The notes under the pieces are model-generated. The model was not told where the DNA came from, did no database searches, and saw nothing but the letters and a program-made list of their open reading frames with translations. A stretch of DNA of 30,789 bases from a virus (Duplodnaviria; Caudoviricetes), in the IMG/VR virus record IMGVR_UViG_3300005512_000215, positions 1 through 30,789 of that record; one strand, 5' to 3'. Numbering within the stretch: position 1 is the first letter of the stretch; every line of letters starts with the position of its first letter. Positions 25,453-30,789 of the stretch are shown here, piece by piece. Position numbers and translations under genes: made by a program.

Positions 25453-26362
25453 CGGCGGCGGCGGGACTCAAAGAGTCATACAGGATCTACCCGATTGGTC
25501 TAAACCGTACTGGCAGGGCATTGCTGCTCAGGGCAGAGCGTTAGCCAGGGAGCCTTTTCAGCAGTATCAGGGGCAGCGCATTGCTGGCTTTACCCCTATG
25601 GAGCGTCAAGCTTTCCAGGGTGTTCAGTCTCTTTACGACCAAGGCCCAAGACCTGAGCTTGGTCAAGCTAGAGGTATTGCGACACAGGCTTCTCAGGTGG
25701 GTTTTGATACCCCCATGTTCCCCGACCAAGCCGGAAGGTACATGAATCCGTATTTGGAGAATGTGCTGGATCTAGGCCGGGAGCGCATGATGCGCGATTA
25801 CCAAGGCGCGATGGGGGATGCAAGAAGGAGATCTTCTGACGCAGCCATCCAGTCTGGAATCATGGGGGGTAGGGGAACCCTCATGGGCGCTAGGGAGTCT
25901 GGCAGGGTTTCCGATGAAGCTTTCCGGGCGATGAGGGAGTATGAAGCTGATACCAGATTCAGAGCTTTCGATCAGGCTCAGCAGGCTTTCGCCAGCGATG
26001 TCGCAGCCAGACAAGCCGGAGCAAGACTTGGGTTAGATGCGGGATCTCAGCTTCAGAGTCTTGCCCAGACTCAGCAGGCTCAGGCCCTAGAGAGAATCAA
26101 CGCTCTTCAGCAGGCCGGTGTTCGCGGTAGAGAGATGCAGCAAGCTATTCGAGATCAAGCATATCAGGATTTCTTGGATAGAAGAGATTGGAGAAGAAAC
26201 CAGTTAGGTTGGTACACCGGCCTCCTCTCAGGAACTCCCTACGCAACAATGTCAAACCAAACGCAGACCACTAGAGGCGGTGGTCCCGGTGTCGGCCAGA
26301 CAATCGCAGGGCTAGGCATCGCAGGACTTGGCGCTGCGGGCGCTTACTACGGGGCTCAATAG
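25442..26362 (+). CDS. DNA ejection/transfer protein (putative)
   Basis: GGAG RBS; GGGG.T....LP.W.KPY, YQGQRIAGF.P, YMNPY..NV; Gln/Ala-rich helices; C-terminal QTIAGLG.AGLGA. Confidence 0.7.
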   Translation: MGSSGGGGTQRVIQDLPDWSKPYWQGIAAQGRALAREPFQQYQGQRIAGFTPMERQAFQGVQSLYDQGPRPELGQARGIATQASQVGFDTPMFPDQAGRYMNPYLENVLDLGRERMMRDYQGAMGDARRRSSDAAIQSGIMGGRGTLMGARESGRVSDEAFRAMREYEADTRFRAFDQAQQAFASDVAARQAGARLGLDAGSQLQSLAQTQQAQALERINALQQAGVRGREMQQAIRDQAYQDFLDRRDWRRNQLGWYTGLLSGTPYATMSNQTQTTRGGGPGVGQTIAGLGIAGLGAAGAYYGAQ

Positions 26363-26363
26363 A

Positions 26364-28196
26364 ATGAGTGCAAATCTTTTAGAACTTCAGGAAATGCTTC
26401 GCAACCTTGACATGGGCTCTGTCCAGCGAGTTGCGCAGGGACAGTCTGGCAAAGCCGCGCAGCTTCTCGGCATGGATGAGATCAGGCGTCGTGGCGAGCA
26501 GATGCAGGAAGCTCAGGCCAATGAAGCTGAACAGCAGATGCAGCAGCCCCCGATGATTGACCAGTATCTAGCGATGTCCCAGCAGATAATGGGTCAGCCT
26601 CCGTCCATGCCTTCGGCTATGCCCCCGTCTATGCCTGCCCCTCCCCAGCAGGGCATCGGTTCCATGATGCCTCCTCAGGCTCTGCCCCAGATGGCTGCTG
26701 CGCCTCCTGCTCCCCAGCCTCCTGTTCAGATGATGGCTGGCGGTGGTTCCGTTGGTGGCTCCGACCTGATGAACAGGCCCAAGATGGGAAACATGGGCAT
26801 TGTTGAATACTTGGTTTCGACCGGGATGAGCAGGGAAGAAGCTATGGCTCTGGCTGACTCCATTGTCGGTGGAGATCAAAGCAACGCACTCAAGGCTGGT
26901 GGGTTTATACAGAAGTATGCCCCAGGTGGATCTGTAGCCTCTGGCCCGATCTCAGACTTGACCCCTGAAGAGCAGGAGGCCGCAGCGGATCCTGGCTTCC
27001 TTCAGGAATCTATAGAGTGGGTTAAAGAGAATCCTGTTGATGCCGCGCTACTCGGGATAGATGCAGTCGCTCTCACAGCTATGGCTTTCCCTGTTGCCGG
27101 TTGGGCCGCTGGTGCTGGCCTAAAGGGCGTCACTGGAGCAGCCCGGATAGCAAGAGCATTAGGGCCGAAGGCAATAAGGTTTTTAAGAAATCCAGTTCAG
27201 ACTGCGGGCAAGGCAAAGTTTTCCAAGACAGCATCTAAAATAGATGATTTAGCTGCTCCCGCTGGAGCTTCTCCGGCTGAGTTGGCCGCTGCAAGAGCCG
27301 CCCAGATGGAGGCAAGGCTTAATGCCCCAGGGGCAATGAGAACAACGATTAGAGACGGAAAGGTTGTTCAGGTTCCTAGAACTGATGCAGAGTTAATTAC
27401 TACGTTGGGTCGGCGCACAGTTTACCCTGCGGTTGGGGCCGCAACGTATGGATTGACCTCCCTTATCGGAGACGACGAAGGGGCTCCTCAGGAATTCCCC
27501 GCCCTCACAGATGAGGAGATGGCACCTGAACCTCCCGTTGAGACTGAAGATAAGTATCAAATTGGAGATATGGTCGGAGGTGCCAATGGTGGTACTGGTG
27601 ACATTGATGATGGTGAAACTGCACTAGGGTTCCTAGACAGGGTAAAGAGTGGTGAGTTCAACCCGTTCTTCCAGTTTCTAACTAGAGCCGGTCTTGAGCT
27701 TGCTGCTGGCAAGGGAGAGAATCTTGGTCAGGACATTGCTCAGGCTGGCATCGCTGGCATGGGCGAGGTTGAGCGTCTTGCTGATCGCGACATGGCTATA
27801 GCCGACCGGGAGAGAGAGCAGGCAAGGCAGGACGCAGCGGACGCTATCGCGCAGAGCCAGCTCGCTATCGCAGAGAGACAGCTACAGATGGAAGAAGAGC
27901 TTCTCCCCGCTCAGAAAGCCCTTCTTGAATCCCGAGCTTCAGGATTTGGAACCACTTCAGCTTCGGCTGCACAATCGCAGATTGAGAATGCTATAGAATC
28001 TGTTTTTGGTATCAATTACCTATCCAATCCGGATGCTCAATTAGAACAGACCAGACTTCTTAATATCTACACTTCTCAAGGGCCTCAAGCTCTAAGGCAG
28101 GCGATAGCCGATCTGACAGGTCAGTCGATTGCGATTGACACTGTGAATCAAGACAAGCTCAACAGAATTTTAAACCCTGGAGTTGCTGGTGGTTGA
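26364..28196 (+). CDS. Internal virion / ejection protein (putative)
   Basis: Start at MSANLLELQE directly after the upstream stop. Pro/Gln/Met-rich linker, hydrophobic Gly/Ala segment, coiled coil. Confidence 0.65.
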   Translation: MSANLLELQEMLRNLDMGSVQRVAQGQSGKAAQLLGMDEIRRRGEQMQEAQANEAEQQMQQPPMIDQYLAMSQQIMGQPPSMPSAMPPSMPAPPQQGIGSMMPPQALPQMAAAPPAPQPPVQMMAGGGSVGGSDLMNRPKMGNMGIVEYLVSTGMSREEAMALADSIVGGDQSNALKAGGFIQKYAPGGSVASGPISDLTPEEQEAAADPGFLQESIEWVKENPVDAALLGIDAVALTAMAFPVAGWAAGAGLKGVTGAARIARALGPKAIRFLRNPVQTAGKAKFSKTASKIDDLAAPAGASPAELAAARAAQMEARLNAPGAMRTTIRDGKVVQVPRTDAELITTLGRRTVYPAVGAATYGLTSLIGDDEGAPQEFPALTDEEMAPEPPVETEDKYQIGDMVGGANGGTGDIDDGETALGFLDRVKSGEFNPFFQFLTRAGLELAAGKGENLGQDIAQAGIAGMGEVERLADRDMAIADREREQARQDAADAIAQSQLAIAERQLQMEEELLPAQKALLESRASGFGTTSASAAQSQIENAIESVFGINYLSNPDAQLEQTRLLNIYTSQGPQALRQAIADLTGQSIAIDTVNQDKLNRILNPGVAGG

Positions 28197-30789
28197 TGAG
28201 ATTTTAGAAGAAGATTTACCTGTACGGATTGACGGTAAAATCGTCGTATTCAAGAAAGGTATGACTCATTCTGAAATTAGGGATGAATACCAGAGATTGA
28301 CTGGTGGCTTTATATCTGCTGCTAAGTCTGGCGTTGAGCGTTTAGTAGGGTCTTTAGGGGCTATCCCAGAGACCTTCCTTGGCGATGTCTTTTCAAGCCA
28401 AGAGCTTCTAGACGAAGCTGGCGAAGAGTACAAGGCCACAAGGGAAGCTGTATCCGAAGCTCTCCCTGCTCCTGTTACATACAAAGATGTAACTGAAGCA
28501 TATAAAAGAGAAGGGCTGACTGGTGCAATCCCTGATGCCTACAGATTCTCAGTAGAATCTATCGGGCAGAACCTCCCCTATGTCGGACCTTCGATGGCTG
28601 CGAGTAAGGTTGCTTCGACTGAACTTGGTTTGGGCGTAGCTTCTTATCTATCTAAGGCTGTCCCTTTCCTCAGAACTGCTGCGGTCGCACTCCCCCCTTC
28701 GGTTGCCAAGTTTGGTCTTGCTGCTGCTGCTGGTGTCGGGACACTTGCGCTTCAATTCTTTGGGGACAACCTCCAGAGACAGTATGAGGTTGCTCAGGGA
28801 GATGATCCTGAAGCTCAGGTCACGCCGGACCAGATCAACTCTTTCACCGCAGCTTTAGCTGCTGGCCCCCAGGCCGCGATGGATTACGTCGTTATCGCCC
28901 TCACGGGCGGTGTAGGCCGAGGTCCGCAGATCGCCGCAGCCAGATCCCTGAAGGAATCTCTGGGAGCAGTTGGAACCACCGCCAAGGCTGCAACATCCCC
29001 CACCCTCGCCGGGGCAGCCAGGGCTAGCTTTGCCGAGTCGGCGCTGGAGTTCCCCACCGAGTTAGCTCAGACCGTTCTGGAGAGAGCGCAGGCTGGGCTT
29101 TCTATTTCTCCTCAGGATGCTGAGTTTGTCGAGGAGATGATCGCCACTGTTGCAGGAACGATCCCCATGACTGGGGCTTTTGGTTCTTATGGAACCGTTA
29201 GATCCTACAGGGCAAACAAGAAGGCTTACGATAATTGGGAAAAGCTTTCTGATCAAGAGAAAGTTATCAGGAATGATTACGAGAACAGAAGGCAGCAATC
29301 CCTCCAGTCTGAGTATGATAATTCTGTAAGAATCTACGGTGACAATGTAAGAGAAGTTCAGAATAAAATAAATGAAGCAGGAAGGGAATCTGTAGAGAAT
29401 AGAAGGCTTATAGAGCAGGGTGTTCAAGAGGCCAAGGATTCCGTAGAACTCACTGTTGATGATGTCGTGGATGCTGCCGACTCCAGAAACATCAAGACTG
29501 ACGATCAAGCTTTTAAGAACTTTGTCTACAGAACCACTGGCGGTCAGACCAGCGACATCAATGAAGCTGACCAAGACGCCCTTCGCGCAATGCGTACAAT
29601 TCTTACGGGATTTACCGTTCAGAATTACTACGACGCCGACACTGAAGAGGGCGTAAGCGTTCCTTCTTTCACGTCCGAAGAGCTTGAGTCTGTCATTACT
29701 GGATTCAAAGGCGGCGCGAAGCTCACTCCTGAGTCTGTCAGAAGAAAACTGCATGAAAAGTTTTATTCAAAGGCAAAGGGAAGAGACCAGCTTGTAGATT
29801 TCACTGATTCTGAAAGCTCCAACAGCATTGCTTCTTCCATTATTGAAGAGATGAAGATGCGAGGCTACGCCGTCGAGGATAAGAACGGCAATGTGAAGGC
29901 TAGAAAGCCTAAGTACACAGAGAATCAGTACCGAGATCTGATGGAAAAAGCTTATAGGGATGGCTCTATAAACCTCAGAGACTACGAGCAGATCACTGGA
30001 AGGTTTGGGGAAAAGAACTTTCAGTCTTTTATAGATGACGCGATTATCAGGGGCGACATGCCCAGCGTTCAGTCTAGGCCGATGCAGAGAAGGGGAGAGT
30101 TTGCCCCGCTCGTGTTCAGAGCGACTCTAAGCGAGGACGCAGCACAGACCGGCGGAGATCTTGCACCGATCACCGACAAGAACGGTAGACCTGTAATAAA
30201 GGCAACCCCTGACCAGAAGGGCGGCATCAAGAAGCGTGTCACGGCAGGCAATGTTGTGACCGAGGTGGTCGAGGCCAACGGCTACTTCGTGAGGGATGGC
30301 AACGGCGAGATAGTCGGTGGTGCTACCTCAAGAGAAGAAGCAGCCAGAGAAGCCAAGTTCTTAAATGAAAATCAGTCTAATTATTTTATAACTGATCAGG
30401 CCACCGGCAACATCACTTACGGCTCCAAAAAGAAGCTTGATAAGATAATAAAAGATTCTAAGGGAATTCCTGAGTACCTTAGAAACACAGCTAGGGCACC
30501 TGATTACACTGGCGTCAGACCGAAGCTGATAAGAGGTGCTTACTCCACTGATAGAAATAAGAGTCAGGGCTTTGCCGTGAGGCAGTTCCTTTCCCCCGGA
30601 CTCGCCGTGAAGGATAAGGAGACCGGAAGGCTAGAGAACACCGGGGAAACCTTCGGTGCGCGCAGGCCGAGTGTCACTGAGCTTTCTTTTGCTCCAGACC
30701 TCCAGACCGCCAGTTCGGTTGAGCTTGAGTTTGCCAAGGAAACCATGCCCGGAGCAGCTAACTGGGACAAGAAGGTTGACGAGGTAGGC
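28189..30789 (+). CDS. Very large internal virion protein, 3'-truncated by the window (at least 867 codons)
   Basis: GGAG (28179-28182) then GTG at 28189 overlapping the previous stop; MVDEILEEDLPVRIDGKIVVFKKGMTHSEIRDEY... I read the first ~700 nt stop-free; absence from the ORF track fits a frame that stays open to the window end. Confidence 0.75.
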   Translation, partial: MVDEILEEDLPVRIDGKIVVFKKGMTHSEIRDEYQRLTGGFISAAKSGVERLVGSLGAIPETFLGDVFSSQELLDEAGEEYKATREAVSEALPAPVTYKDVTEAYKREGLTGAIPDAYRFSVESIGQNLPYVGPSMAASKVASTELGLGVASYLSKAVPFLRTAAVALPPSVAKFGLAAAAGVGTLALQFFGDNLQRQYEVAQGDDPEAQVTPDQINSFTAALAAGPQAAMDYVVIALTGGVGRGPQIAAARSLKESLGAVGTTAKAATSPTLAGAARASFAESALEFPTELAQTVLERAQAGLSISPQDAEFVEEMIATVAGTIPMTGAFGSYGTVRSYRANKKAYDNWEKLSDQEKVIRNDYENRRQQSLQSEYDNSVRIYGDNVREVQNKINEAGRESVENRRLIEQGVQEAKDSVELTVDDVVDAADSRNIKTDDQAFKNFVYRTTGGQTSDINEADQDALRAMRTILTGFTVQNYYDADTEEGVSVPSFTSEELESVITGFKGGAKLTPESVRRKLHEKFYSKAKGRDQLVDFTDSESSNSIASSIIEEMKMRGYAVEDKNGNVKARKPKYTENQYRDLMEKAYRDGSINLRDYEQITGRFGEKNFQSFIDDAIIRGDMPSVQSRPMQRRGEFAPLVFRATLSEDAAQTGGDLAPITDKNGRPVIKATPDQKGGIKKRVTAGNVVTEVVEANGYFVRDGNGEIVGGATSREEAAREAKFLNENQSNYFITDQATGNITYGSKKKLDKIIKDSKGIPEYLRNTARAPDYTGVRPKLIRGAYSTDRNKSQGFAVRQFLSPGLAVKDKETGRLENTGETFGARRPSVTELSFAPDLQTASSVELEFAKETMPGAANWDKKVDEVG

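Noticed and set aside
3186-30770. Numerous minus-strand and alternate-frame ORFs within structural genes (e.g. 5448-6104, 21532-22035, 29062-29754)
   Set aside because: Fully nested in well-supported + strand genes, with no recognisable motifs.
2329-30789. Stop-codon reassignment, introns or inteins in terL, portal or MCP
   Set aside because: Genes tile tightly under the standard code, TAA, TAG and TGA all serve as stops, and no intein or homing-endonuclease motifs were seen.

Overview
The window is the packaging and virion-morphogenesis arm of a tailed dsDNA phage, most likely podovirus-like. It belongs to the largely uncultured aquatic group that has a Mu-gpT-like major capsid protein and a phage-encoded GroES. 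On the + strand the order is: small terminase; a structured AT-rich intergenic region; three minus-strand accessory genes; a basic protein; large terminase; portal; GroES; scaffold; head genes; major capsid; small virion genes; head-tail adaptors; tail fibre; tail nozzle; then large internal/ejection proteins, the last of which runs off the window. I found no integrase, replication gene, tRNA, CRISPR array or reverse transcriptase. The most notable observations are: (i) a tandem array of five highly diverged paralogues of a small beta-rich virion protein; (ii) a short [FYMLK]-[AK]-x-G-G-x-[VI] motif occurring eight times across five predicted internal proteins; (iii) an FN3-like protein with a PEP-CTERM-like tail; (iv) candidate cis-regulatory elements, namely NtrC-like palindromes, an inverted-repeat-bounded structured element, a promoter-leader-terminator unit, and two H-type pseudoknots. 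All product calls come from motif recognition by eye, not from database searches.
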